A stretch of 32,000 nucleotides of DNA from an uncultured Clostridia bacterium. Its GTDB lineage: Bacteria; Bacillota; Clostridia; TANB77; CAG-465. The stretch is taken from positions 7,673 through 39,672 of the forward strand of contig CAKPEI010000005.1 in NCBI GenBank assembly GCA_934149365.1, read 5' to 3'. Below the pieces are notes generated by a model, which worked only from the letters and a program-made list of their open reading frames with translations, searched no databases and had not been told where the DNA came from. This document shows, piece by piece, positions 1 through 9,150 of the stretch (the first letter of the stretch is position 1; every line of letters starts with the position of its first letter). A program made the position numbers and the translations under genes.

Positions 1-819
1 TATGTTGGCGTTTTGTGGTATATTTATGCTTTCTTCTTTGTTATTTATTTTTACACGTATGTTTTTTTCGCTATATATAGTTTCCTCTACACAATCATTA
101 TCTTGTTTACAAACTGGCAATTGTCTTTGTTTCAAATTATATTCTTTATTTAAAAGTTTTTTAGCATCTCCATTAAACACATAAATATCATTTTCTCTCT
201 GATACTTAAATATGTTTCTCTTTGCTTCTTTGTATTCATTATATGAATTATAATGGTCAAGATGTTCTTCAAACATATTTAAAAGTACTGCTATATGTGG
301 GCTATACTTTATATGTTCAAGTTGATGTGAAGACAGTTCATAAACAAATATATCTGTATTATCATAATTATCTATTTCCTCAAATACAGGTTTGCCAATA
401 TTTCCAACAAGTCTTGCATTATACTTTTCTTTTACCATTTGATATATTAGCGAAGACGTAGTACTTTTTCCTTTAGTACCTGTAATTCCCACAACCTTAT
501 TTCTTGCATATTTAAGAAAAAGTTCTGTTTGTGAAGTTATCCTACTTTCAAATTTAGAATAATCTTTTCCTTTAAACGAAATACCTGGTGATTTTATAAC
601 AATATCATATTTTAAAATGCTATTCATATAATCTTCACCTGTATATAATTTCGTTCTATTATCCACATCATTTTTATCAATATCATTTCTATCTGCTATT
701 GCAAGTTCACACTTTACACCATTTTCTTTTATAAATCTATATGTGCTTTTACCTTCTCTTCCGAAACCTAATATAAGCACTTTTTTATTTGTTAATTCTT
801 CTATAATTTTATATTTCAT
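1..819 (-). CDS. Mur ligase family protein, N-terminal 273 codons (MurD-like UDP-MurNAc-L-Ala--Glu ligase, candidate MurD2); the 3' end runs off the window
   Basis: This gene is missing from the ORF track because no stop codon lies in the window. My manual minus-strand translation from the ATG at 819-817 stays open to position 1: MKYKIIEELTNKKVLILGFGREGKSTYRFIKENG...VVGITGTKGKSTTSSLIYQMVKEKYNARLVGNIGKPVFEE...FVYELSSHQLEH...LLNMFEEHLDHYNSY. It has a Rossmann-type GxGxxG N-domain, the Mur-ligase P-loop GTKGKST, and the ELSSxQL and DHLD motifs. An AGGTGA RBS overlaps the upstream stop codon. Confidence 0.8.
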   Translation of the reverse strand, partial: MKYKIIEELTNKKVLILGFGREGKSTYRFIKENGVKCELAIADRNDIDKNDVDNRTKLYTGEDYMNSILKYDIVIKSPGISFKGKDYSKFESRITSQTELFLKYARNKVVGITGTKGKSTTSSLIYQMVKEKYNARLVGNIGKPVFEEIDNYDNTDIFVYELSSHQLEHIKYSPHIAVLLNMFEEHLDHYNSYNEYKEAKRNIFKYQRENDIYVFNGDAKKLLNKEYNLKQRQLPVCKQDNDCVEETIYSEKNIRVKINNKEESINIPQNANI

Positions 820-828
820 TACATTCAC

Positions 829-2205
829 CTACGCTATATAGTCTTTTAACTTTTTAGCATATACTTCTGGCAAATTATTTAAATCATTCCAACTTTCTGC
901 CTTTGCCTTTTTTCTAAATTCTAAATCTTCTATACTTGATTCATATTTATCTAAAAGTATTGGCAATTTTTTGCCGGCTTTAGCATAACTATCTACTATC
1001 ATATCAAGGCATAAATTTATCTCTTCTTTTGTGCCAACACATTCAAAAGGTTTATCATAATCAGGGTATACCAATCCATTAAATATATGAACTAGCTCCC
1101 CATTATCTAACATATCTGTATTAAATATTTTTTTCATATCTTGGTCATTTAAAAAGGCTCTCATCATTATATATACATATAGACATTTGGGACAGTTCTC
1201 ACACCATTTCCAAACCTCACCTTTTGAACCAACATTGCAGCTCTTAAAAACAGGGTAATACATTGGCTTTTTGCAAAAAGCTTTTACTATTTGCCACTCA
1301 CTTATTGGTCTAAGTAGGCTAAAATACTCTGGTCCATTTTTACACATATATTTAGTACAATATTCTCTAAAATCATTTTCAAACTCTATACTTTTAGAAT
1401 ATTGATGATTTATATTTGTGCCTAAAACATTTCCCTCATTTGCACTATCTTCATTTGAAAGCGTAATATACTTTTTTCCTAATAAAATAGCAGATGCATA
1501 AGAAGAAAATGCAACAATTGCAGAAAATGGCGTATGCCCATTTAAGTAGCCTTTACTATTTAATTCAATTAATCTTTTATCTAAAAATCTTTTTGGAAAA
1601 TAGCTACTCTCTTTGTTATATCCTGCCACTTTTATACATTCACTTGATGCTCCTTTTACATTTATAACATAACAAGTGTTGTCTTTTCTTGTGTCTGATA
1701 GAACTTCAAGTGTAACCGCAGAATCCTTTCCACCACCAACAGGAATTAAGTTTCCACGTAGTTCCATATTGTATTCAAGCGTATCGGGTTCTACTTTTTC
1801 ATTTTGTGCTTCTATTTCTAAGAATGTATCTATGTTCATTTGATCTACAATATTATTAACGTAAAAGAATTCCCCTAGTCCATTTATATATAACTTTTTG
1901 TACCACTCTATTTGACTTTCGCTTAGTTTTCCTGCTCTTACTATAAGTCTTGGACTACATACGCACTTTAAGTATGATACAACTTCAACCATACCTAAAT
2001 TAAATATAGCCTTTTTAAACAACTCATATTCTGCTTGTGTTAGCTCCCTATTAGTTTTGGGGAATTCCCATCTAGGAGTAAACTCTGTTAAACCCGGTAT
2101 ATTAAATTTATATACAACTTCGTAGCTATCACCATTATCATTAATTTCATAAGAATTGTATTCAAATACTGGATAATCTTTTCTATATTCAAAAAATTTT
2201 TCCAT
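829..2205 (-). CDS. PP-loop (N-type ATP pyrophosphatase-like) protein of 458 aa; candidate MurL-type UDP-MurNAc-L-Ala-L-Glu epimerase
   Basis: The ORF is long and uninterrupted. It carries a PP-loop-like motif, VGGGKDSAVT (1720-1737). There is a 1-nt gap to the recR stop and a 9-nt gap to the downstream Mur ligase start. The MurL assignment rests on adjacency to a MurD-like ligase and on ATP-dependent chemistry, not on a measured alignment. Confidence 0.5.
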   Translation of the reverse strand: MEKFFEYRKDYPVFEYNSYEINDNGDSYEVVYKFNIPGLTEFTPRWEFPKTNRELTQAEYELFKKAIFNLGMVEVVSYLKCVCSPRLIVRAGKLSESQIEWYKKLYINGLGEFFYVNNIVDQMNIDTFLEIEAQNEKVEPDTLEYNMELRGNLIPVGGGKDSAVTLEVLSDTRKDNTCYVINVKGASSECIKVAGYNKESSYFPKRFLDKRLIELNSKGYLNGHTPFSAIVAFSSYASAILLGKKYITLSNEDSANEGNVLGTNINHQYSKSIEFENDFREYCTKYMCKNGPEYFSLLRPISEWQIVKAFCKKPMYYPVFKSCNVGSKGEVWKWCENCPKCLYVYIMMRAFLNDQDMKKIFNTDMLDNGELVHIFNGLVYPDYDKPFECVGTKEEINLCLDMIVDSYAKAGKKLPILLDKYESSIEDLEFRKKAKAESWNDLNNLPEVYAKKLKDYIA

Positions 2206-2206
2206 T

Positions 2207-2800
2207 CTACATTTCCCTTCTGCCTTCTAAAGCTTTAATTAGAGTTATTTCATCTGTATACTCTAGATCTCCTCCAACAGGTATTCCATGTGCTATTCTA
2301 GTAACCATTATTCCCATAGGTTTAAGAAGTCTAGATATGTACATTGCCGTAGCTTCTCCTTCTATTGTAGGGTTAGTCGCAATTATCACTTCTTTAACCT
2401 TTCCATCTGCTAATCTTGTAATTAGTTCTTTTATTTTTATATCTGCCGCAGACACATTATTCATAGGTGATATAGCACCATGCAAAACATGATAAAGTCC
2501 TTTGAATTCATGTGTTTTCTCCATTGCAACTACATCTTTTACATCTTCTACAACACATATAACTTCATTATCACGTTTTGGGTTTGAACAAATTTCACAT
2601 GGATCTTTGTCAGTCAAATTAAAGCATTTTGAGCAGAACTTTACGCTCTGCTTAGCTTCAACTAATGTGCTTGCCATTTCTTTGGCAAAATTTTCATCTG
2701 ACTCTAACACGAAAAATGCAAGCCTTACTGCTGTTTTATGTCCTATACCTGGAAACTTTTCAAATTCTTTTATTAGTTTTTGAACTGATTCTGAATACAT
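2207..2800 (-). CDS. recR: Recombination protein RecR
   Basis: The N-terminus is the RecR helix-hairpin-helix ([22 protein letters not shown]). A C4 zinc finger ([16 protein letters not shown]) and a Toprim region ([10 protein letters not shown]...[14 protein letters not shown]) follow. The dnaX-ybaB-recR synteny is conserved. Confidence 0.95.
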   Translation of the reverse strand: MYSESVQKLIKEFEKFPGIGHKTAVRLAFFVLESDENFAKEMASTLVEAKQSVKFCSKCFNLTDKDPCEICSNPKRDNEVICVVEDVKDVVAMEKTHEFKGLYHVLHGAISPMNNVSAADIKIKELITRLADGKVKEVIIATNPTIEGEATAMYISRLLKPMGIMVTRIAHGIPVGGDLEYTDEITLIKALEGRREM

Positions 2801-2808
2801 ACTTTCTC

Positions 2809-3147
2809 CTACATTAAACCAGGAATGTTAAAATCACCTAGTCCATCTTTCATCATACTATCTGCTTTATTTAACGCCTCGTTAACTGCTGTAAGTATAA
2901 GATCTTGTAGCATTTCTACATCTTCAGGATCAACAACTTCTTTTTTTATTATTATTTCTTTTATAACCTTATCGCCTGTAGCTCTAACTATTACAGCTTC
3001 ACCACCTGCAGAAGTTTCTATCTCTTTACTTGCAACTTCAGCCTGTTTTTTTTGCATATCTGCTTGCATTTTTTGTGCTTGTTTCATTAAATTTTGAATG
3101 TTCATTCCTCCACCTGGAAATCCTCCAAATTTACCCATATTTATCAT
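2809..3147 (-). CDS. ybaB: YbaB/EbfC family nucleoid-associated protein
   Basis: The size is about 110 aa. The N-terminus is typical ([25 protein letters not shown]), as is the position between dnaX and recR. The real start may be the second ATG at 3138 (MGKFGG), which has better spacing from GGAAGG. Confidence 0.9.
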   Translation of the reverse strand: MINMGKFGGFPGGGMNIQNLMKQAQKMQADMQKKQAEVASKEIETSAGGEAVIVRATGDKVIKEIIIKKEVVDPEDVEMLQDLILTAVNEALNKADSMMKDGLGDFNIPGLM

Positions 3148-3160
3148 CCTTCCTTCATTA

Positions 3161-4687
3161 TTAATCTATACTTGTAAATGGAATATTACTATTTAACATA
3201 TGTGCCTCAAATTTATTCTCACTTACATTATGTGTATTTTTATACTCAATTTTTATTGAGTAATTATCACTTATTAATTCTTGCGTAAGCTTTCTTAGTA
3301 GCTCAGCATTTTCACTTTTATTTAATATAGTATATGCAAATTCATTTTCTGTATTAAATACTAATGTATCATCTGTAGTTTCTGCTTTAACACCTGTAAG
3401 AGCAGAATAAAGTTGTAAATTGTCTTTTTCCATAACCATATTCTTTAACTTATCAAAGTCCTTAAAGCTTCCTTTGGCACTAACACTTTCTTTTGGCTTT
3501 TCATTGTTTACTACATCATTTTGTGCGTTTCCTTTAGGTGTCTCTTTGACCTTTACCACATTTTGTGGTGTTTCTACATTAACCACAGTTACGCCATTTT
3601 CTTCCAACTTTTTAATTCTTAGCTCCAACTTTTCTATTTTTTCCAAAAGCTCATCTTCTGAGTTATATATAATTTCAGAACATAACTCCATAATTTTGGC
3701 TTTAAATAATATATTAACATTTATAGCTTGCCTTAGGCCCGCATCTAATTTAGATAGCTCTTTTATTATATAGCCGTACCTAAGTTTGTTTTTTCCATCA
3801 TCTTTAAGCATCCTATCCATAAATATTTCTGTTAGTTCTGATGTTATATACCTTGCATCTTTTCCTGTATCAAGTATTTGATTTATTTTAGTATTTGCTT
3901 CATTTAAATTGTATTCTAATATGTTGTCCGCAAGTGTTTCTAGTACTTTTTTGTCTGATGCTCCTATTATATTCTGAATACTTTCAAGTGTAATTTTGCT
4001 ACTTTCGTCATCTATACATCTTTCCAATATACTAAGTGCATCTCTCATACCACCATCACAAATTTGTGCAACATATGTCAATGCTTCTTCGTCATATTGT
4101 ACTTTACTATCATCTAAAATATATTTAATTCTTTTTACAACATCTTCTATAGATATCTTTTTAAATTCAAATCTCATACATCTTGATAATATTGTTGGAA
4201 GAAGTTTATGCTCCTCCGTAGTTGCTAGTATAAATATAACATTTTGTGGTGGCTCTTCCAATGTTTTCAAAAGAGCGTTGAAAGCACTAGTTGATAACAT
4301 GTGTGCTTCGTCTATAATGTATATTTTATACTTTAAATTTGTGGTAGCATACATAACTTCTTGCCTTATTGTTCTAATATTTTCGACAGAGTTGTTTGAA
4401 GCAGCATCCATTTCAACTACATCTGTAGTATCATCATTTAATATACTTTTACAAGCTTCACACTCATTACATGGATTCCCATCGTGAGGGTTTAAACAAT
4501 TTACTGCTCTTGAAAAAATTTTAGCTGTAGATGTTTTTCCTGTTCCTCTACTACCACTAAATATATATGCATGTGATACTTTATCATTTATTATTTGATT
4601 TTTCAGTATATTTGTTATATGGTCCTGGCCAACTAGTTCATCAAATGTAATTGGTCTATATTTTCTATATAACGCTACATAAGACAT
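3161..4687 (-). CDS. dnaX: DNA polymerase III subunit gamma/tau
   Basis: The N-terminus reads YRKYRPITFDELVGQDHI. It has Walker A GSRGTGKTS, a Zn module (CLNPHDGNPCNECEAC), Walker B IYIIDEAHML and sensor motif SRC. Confidence 0.95.
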   Translation of the reverse strand: MSYVALYRKYRPITFDELVGQDHITNILKNQIINDKVSHAYIFSGSRGTGKTSTAKIFSRAVNCLNPHDGNPCNECEACKSILNDDTTDVVEMDAASNNSVENIRTIRQEVMYATTNLKYKIYIIDEAHMLSTSAFNALLKTLEEPPQNVIFILATTEEHKLLPTILSRCMRFEFKKISIEDVVKRIKYILDDSKVQYDEEALTYVAQICDGGMRDALSILERCIDDESSKITLESIQNIIGASDKKVLETLADNILEYNLNEANTKINQILDTGKDARYITSELTEIFMDRMLKDDGKNKLRYGYIIKELSKLDAGLRQAINVNILFKAKIMELCSEIIYNSEDELLEKIEKLELRIKKLEENGVTVVNVETPQNVVKVKETPKGNAQNDVVNNEKPKESVSAKGSFKDFDKLKNMVMEKDNLQLYSALTGVKAETTDDTLVFNTENEFAYTILNKSENAELLRKLTQELISDNYSIKIEYKNTHNVSENKFEAHMLNSNIPFTSID

Positions 4688-4716
4688 GATTCTTCACCTC
4701 TTAAAATTATATAATA

Positions 4717-4808
4717 AAAATCGCTTATAGCGCATAAGGTAGTATGCTTATTGCTGCTTCCTTCCGGATCTGACAAGGTTCACAAACACCTTATCGCCTA
4801 AGCGACTA
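4717..4808 (-). ncRNA. ffs: Small bacterial signal recognition particle RNA (4.5S/scRNA type)
   Basis: The minus strand reads ...TCGCTTAGGCGATAAGGTGTTTGTGAACCTTGTCAGATCCGGAAGGAAGCAGCAATAAGCATACTACCTTATGCGCTATAAGCGATTTTT. This includes the conserved domain IV motif GUCAGAUCCGGAAGGAAGCAGC. The ends pair into a long hairpin (4721-4805), followed by a T-run. A TTGATT-17-TATAAT promoter lies just upstream, and the location upstream of dnaX is the classic one. Confidence 0.85.
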
Positions 4809-4868
4809 CTCGTATTATACCTTAATTTTTATAATTAATCAATATTTATAACTAATTTTATTTTTATT

Positions 4869-5552
4869 TTAATAATCTACTTTAAAGTTGAATTCTTGAT
4901 TACTTAATCTTTCCACAGATAATCCTTCTGTTGCAAGCTTTTTATCTGGCATTTTTATTTTTACTTTACATGTATTTATCTGACCTTTTTCTTCAGTTAT
5001 AACTAAATTATATTTTAAATCAAATGTTATATCAGAAATTGCTATTCCTGCTAAATTTAGTATAGTACCGTCATATCTTACTTCCTTAATTTCGTCAGGA
5101 ACCATGTAATCGGACATGATATTTTTATTTAAAACATCAAACTCAACAAGATAGCTTCCATTTTCTTGCTCTTCTGTGTATATGTTAACTCTTTTATTTT
5201 TTATATCAGCATAGCTATAACTTGTATTGTATTTTTCCTGTTCTATATATATGTTAACATTCTTTTTAGAACTCACACCAACTTTGTCCAAGTAAACTTC
5301 CTTTATCTTAGCATCAGAATTAGAAGAAATCAACATTGAAACCTTGTTACTTTGTGAAACATCAAAAGTCCAACCGCCTGTTCCTTCCGATTTATCTTCT
5401 AGTTTTACAATACTGCTAATAAGGGTATCAGACACCCTAAAGTTTCCTTGATTTATTTTAGAATTATCAAATATAATATTAATTAGTGTTATAAGGACAG
5501 CGGCTGCTACCACTATAGTTATAACAATAGTAAAAAATTTACTTTTTTCCAT
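4869..5552 (-). CDS. Hypothetical membrane-anchored protein (one N-terminal TM helix, beta-rich extracytoplasmic part)
   Basis: A 227-aa ORF. Its N-terminus, MEKSKFFTIVITIVVAAAVLITLINIIF, looks like a signal anchor. I recognised no family motif. Confidence 0.55.
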   Translation of the reverse strand: MEKSKFFTIVITIVVAAAVLITLINIIFDNSKINQGNFRVSDTLISSIVKLEDKSEGTGGWTFDVSQSNKVSMLISSNSDAKIKEVYLDKVGVSSKKNVNIYIEQEKYNTSYSYADIKNKRVNIYTEEQENGSYLVEFDVLNKNIMSDYMVPDEIKEVRYDGTILNLAGIAISDITFDLKYNLVITEEKGQINTCKVKIKMPDKKLATEGLSVERLSNQEFNFKVDY

Positions 5553-5637
5553 ATACTCACCCTCGCTTTTACCACGTAATTATACTACGATGTGTATAAT
5601 AATTCAATATAAAGAGTATATTTTAATAGGTGATTTT

Positions 5638-5850
5638 ATGAACGATTTTCTTAATAATCTTAATCTGCCATTTTTAGATAACATCTCAAACTCATTTAAC
5701 ACAAATTCATCAAATAATTGTCTAAATGACTTAGATTTAAACAAACTTCTAGTAATATTACTTTTACTTACTGGTAACTTAACAGTCGAAGCAATTACCG
5801 TTTACCCAAATGATTTTGCTATCACTTTAGGAACATTTAGACTAAAATAA
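5638..5850 (+). CDS. Hypothetical small protein (70 aa from the internal ATG)
   Basis: An AGGTGA sits 7 nt upstream of the ATG at 5638. The N-half is Asn-rich and low complexity, followed by a hydrophobic stretch (LLVILLLLTG). Coding status is uncertain. Confidence 0.3.
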   Translation: MNDFLNNLNLPFLDNISNSFNTNSSNNCLNDLDLNKLLVILLLLTGNLTVEAITVYPNDFAITLGTFRLK

Positions 5851-5927
5851 AAGATTATTATAAATTGTTGTATATTTTTATTTAATTTGATATAATTAGG
5901 GTGTTGATATACTTTAGGAGGTCATAT

Positions 5928-6956
5928 ATGAATGAATTAGAACGTATCGTCGGCAGAAAAGGTAACGTAATGGTTATAGATGACGATATTGGAATGATGG
6001 ACGCCATGAGTGTCGTACTTAAAAAATATGATATTCAAGTAACTCCTTTCACAGAGCCAATAGCAGCTCTTGAAAATTTGAAAAATAACACATACGATAT
6101 ACTTATAATAAACTACCTTATGAACCCAGTTAGAGGCGACGAAATAGTAAGATTAGTAAGGGAGTTTGATAAAGAAATATATATAATATTAATGTCTGCG
6201 CATAAAGAACTTACGCCTTCAATTGATACTATGCGTTCTTTAGATATACAAGCCTATTTTGAAAAAAGTTCAAGGTTTGACCAGTTAGTTCTTTTAATCG
6301 AAAGCGGTTTTAAATATATAGCTAGTTTAGAAAATGTAAAAAAAATGTCACATACTATTGAGCTTCACGCAATTGAAGTCGCTGATATATTAAAAAACAC
6401 TGTTGGTGCCAAAGATAACTTTACAAAAGATCATTCAGATAGAGTGGCTAAATATGCAGAAATATTTGGAAAATATTTAAATCTTAATGAAGATGACTTA
6501 AAAACATTAATACTTGCAGCACAATTTCATGATGTAGGAAAAATTGGTATTGCAGATAACATTTTATTAAAAGGTACTAAGCTTAATGATGATGAATACA
6601 ATCACATGAAGTTACACCCATTAATTGGTACTAACATTTTATCTTCATGCGAGATTTTTAAAGATGCGCTTCCACTTATAAAATACCATCACGAACAATA
6701 TGACGGAAAAGGTTACCTAGCAGGTTTAAAAGGCGAGGAAATTCCATATCTTGCAAGAGTGCTTACAGTTTGTGATGCTTTTGATGCGATTACTGCAAAA
6801 AGGCCATATAAAGAAGCCACTACAATAGAGTTTGGAATAAGTGAAATTAAAAATGGTGCCGGAACACAATTTGATCCAAATCTAGCAAAAAAATTCATCG
6901 AATGCGCTAAAGAAAACTATGAAGATATAAAAGCTATACACGAATCTTCATTTTAA
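5928..6956 (+). CDS. Receiver-domain / HD-GYP-domain protein (putative c-di-GMP phosphodiesterase, RpfG-like) with an atypical receiver
   Basis: GGAGG lies 7 nt before the ATG at 5928; the track start at 5901 is a GTG. The REC-like N-domain reads VMVIDDD...ILIINYLMNP...ILMSAHKE. The HD-GYP domain reads HSDRV...AQFHDVGKIG...HHEQYDGKGYLAGL...CDAFDAITAKRPYK. Confidence 0.85.
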   Translation: MNELERIVGRKGNVMVIDDDIGMMDAMSVVLKKYDIQVTPFTEPIAALENLKNNTYDILIINYLMNPVRGDEIVRLVREFDKEIYIILMSAHKELTPSIDTMRSLDIQAYFEKSSRFDQLVLLIESGFKYIASLENVKKMSHTIELHAIEVADILKNTVGAKDNFTKDHSDRVAKYAEIFGKYLNLNEDDLKTLILAAQFHDVGKIGIADNILLKGTKLNDDEYNHMKLHPLIGTNILSSCEIFKDALPLIKYHHEQYDGKGYLAGLKGEEIPYLARVLTVCDAFDAITAKRPYKEATTIEFGISEIKNGAGTQFDPNLAKKFIECAKENYEDIKAIHESSF

Positions 6957-6972
6957 TAATTAAGCAATATAC

Positions 6973-7003
6973 AAAGCCCCTTCATTTTTGAAGGAGCTTT
7001 TTG
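6973..7003. terminator. Hairpin between convergent genes (candidate bidirectional terminator)
   Basis: The sequence is AAAGCCCCTTCATTTTTGAAGGAGCTTTTTG. The CTTCA/TGAAG stem is flanked by A- and T-runs. It sits between the stop at 6956 and the stop at 7009. Confidence 0.5.
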
Positions 7004-7008
7004 TTATA

Positions 7009-8925
7009 TTAATTTCCTGTGTTTTGTGAGTTTTCTCCACCTGATGTTCCAGTATTGTTTGAAGTTTCTGGAGTTGTCACAGTAGGAGTAGTTGTTTGAA
7101 CTTCCTTTGTACCCACCTTTACAATTTTATTAACTGCTTTATATGTATCTTTCGAAAGTAATGTTGTAGAAACAACTTTTCCATTTAGCTTTTTAGTTAT
7201 ATATGCTTCTGATTTATATCCGTTAGAACCATTTTGTATTACTTTTTGAGTTCCTTTGGCTAATGTATTATCATTTACATATTGCGTAGTAAACGGTACT
7301 GTTGCTGTTCTTCTAGAACTTATACTAATATCATATTCATTTTCTTCCTTAGTTCCATATAGTGAAATAGTTAAATTTCCACCTTTATTGAAGCTAGTAA
7401 CTATCTTTATAGGATAAGATCTAGTATTTTTAAATTTGAAGTCAATAGATGGATAATAAACCGTAGCATCTCTGCTTCCAGGAACATACGCAACTGGTAA
7501 GCTATGAGGTTTTCTTTGTACTATTTCTAAGTTAGCAAGCAAAGCTGTATTATATAATGTTGATACTGTCTGACAAATTCCACCACCAACTTCACTTGTA
7601 ACTCTACCACCAACAAATGTAGCAGCAGGTTTGAAACCTTGTGCTGTGGTCGCAGCACCTACAACACTGTTATATGAGAATGTTTCTCCTGGCATTATAA
7701 CCTTGCCATTTAATAAATTTAAAGCAACTCTTAAATTATTTACTCTATTTGCATCACCTGTTGTAAAATATGTAGTATACGAACTTATTTTATATTCATA
7801 TACATTCCACTTTATATCCGAAGTTTTAACCTTAGGCTCTTTTACTGTAAGTTTATATTCTATAACTTTTCCCTCTTCTTGATTTTCTGCCTTAGCAAGT
7901 ACACTTTCTAAATCTTTTTTATCAAAATCAAGTCCAACTTGATGAGGTACAAATTTATATACACTACTACTTTTATCTATATATGCATCTTTAGCATCTC
8001 TTTTAACCTTAGAATATACAACATCTATATCAAGTGGATCCGGTTTTCCAATAACTGTATCTAGGTTATATTCTCCCATTCCATTTGATAGACCAGATAT
8101 TATTTTATCTTTAACAACATCTTCTTCTATTGTATTACCTGATTTTCCTCTTGTTATTATAAGTTTGTATTCTTTTTCATTCACAACAAAGCTATCTTGA
8201 ACTATTTTATTATTTAAAGACTCTTTTATTTCTTTTACTACATCAGTTAGTTTGCTAACATCATATTTATATTTAAGTTCAAAGTTCTTCTTAAATATTT
8301 GCGCATAAATAATATCAATATTATTTTTTATAACATTTGAACTTCTTCCATAGTTAAAAACATCACTTTCTACGCTAGCAATATCAATTTCAAAATCTAT
8401 ATCTGCCGGCACTACTTCTAGAATTTCTTCATTTTCCTGTATTACCTTAAGAGATGCATTGCCAAGAGCCTCTTGTTCTTTTTTCAAATATTCTGATAGT
8501 TGTGCAGACGACATTCCAGAAACATTTTCTCCGTTTACAAAAATATTATTATATACATTTGAATTCATTTTATTTACAATACATAGTGCAGCAAAAGCTA
8601 TTAATATAACAAGTACAATAGCGCCTGTTATTATCAAAACTTTTTTATTTTTCTTTTTGAATTTTTTCATTTCTGCACTATCTCTTACTTGTATTTGAGT
8701 ATTTTCTTTAGGATCCCCGTTATATTCTTGTACTATTTCATCAATTTTAGTATTCTCTACTTCTGGTTTTTCCTCTATCTCTTCTTTTTTAGGTTCCTCT
8801 GCCTTTTCTACTATTTCTTCATTAACGTCTTGAGGAGCTTTTTCTAATTCTATAGTATTATCGTCTACATATACATCTTGTTTTACACTTTTATTTTGCT
8901 TTTTCTTTTTGCTTTTTCCTGCCAT
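7009..8925 (-). CDS. VanW family protein with a C-terminal G5 domain (membrane-anchored cell-wall protein)
   Basis: The VanW core reads GETFSYNSVVG...GGGICQTVSTLYNTALLANLEIVQRKPHSLPVAYVPGSRDATVYYPSIDFKFKN. A G5-like segment follows (VPFTTQYVNDNTLAKGTQKVIQNGSNGYKSEAY...KIVKVGTK). There is one TM helix after a Lys/Glu-rich N-terminus. I chose the ATG at 8925 (MAGKSKKKK) because GGGAGG lies upstream of it. Confidence 0.85.
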   Translation of the reverse strand: MAGKSKKKKQNKSVKQDVYVDDNTIELEKAPQDVNEEIVEKAEEPKKEEIEEKPEVENTKIDEIVQEYNGDPKENTQIQVRDSAEMKKFKKKNKKVLIITGAIVLVILIAFAALCIVNKMNSNVYNNIFVNGENVSGMSSAQLSEYLKKEQEALGNASLKVIQENEEILEVVPADIDFEIDIASVESDVFNYGRSSNVIKNNIDIIYAQIFKKNFELKYKYDVSKLTDVVKEIKESLNNKIVQDSFVVNEKEYKLIITRGKSGNTIEEDVVKDKIISGLSNGMGEYNLDTVIGKPDPLDIDVVYSKVKRDAKDAYIDKSSSVYKFVPHQVGLDFDKKDLESVLAKAENQEEGKVIEYKLTVKEPKVKTSDIKWNVYEYKISSYTTYFTTGDANRVNNLRVALNLLNGKVIMPGETFSYNSVVGAATTAQGFKPAATFVGGRVTSEVGGGICQTVSTLYNTALLANLEIVQRKPHSLPVAYVPGSRDATVYYPSIDFKFKNTRSYPIKIVTSFNKGGNLTISLYGTKEENEYDISISSRRTATVPFTTQYVNDNTLAKGTQKVIQNGSNGYKSEAYITKKLNGKVVSTTLLSKDTYKAVNKIVKVGTKEVQTTTPTVTTPETSNNTGTSGGENSQNTGN

Positions 8926-9150
8926 AATTACCTCCCTAATTAGACACAAATATCTTAACATATATCTACAACTTTTTTCAACACTTTAATTATTTTTTTT
9001 AAATATTGGAATAAAATGTTAATTATTTCTGTTTTATTTTGTAACTCTTCTACTAATTTTGTAGTTTTTTTTACTCTTTTGTCTATTCACTTTAATCTCG
9101 TCAAAATTTTAATTATAATGTTGTCAAACATTGTAATTGGAGGTGTTTAT

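Noticed and set aside
2-461. Plus-strand track ORFs 2-184 and 222-461
   Set aside because: Both lie antisense to a continuous minus-strand frame (1-819) that translates into clear Mur-ligase motifs. They have low-complexity Leu/Phe/Tyr-rich composition and no RBS.
2502-4487. Plus-strand ORFs 2502-2783, 2825-3097, 3420-3773 and 3996-4487
   Set aside because: They are antisense shadows inside recR, ybaB and dnaX. Their Ser/Phe/Leu-rich translations are typical of the reverse frame of AT-rich genes.
6713-8698. ORFs 6713-6898 (-), 7631-7882 (+) and 8459-8698 (+)
   Set aside because: They are embedded antisense in the HD-GYP and VanW genes, which have strong motif support.
5590-9150. Longer track starts for several genes (5590, 5901, 8961 and 9016)
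   Set aside because: These upstream starts are non-ATG or lack a Shine-Dalgarno sequence. Internal ATGs at 5638, 5928, 8925 and 9151 each have a well-spaced GGAGG-like RBS.
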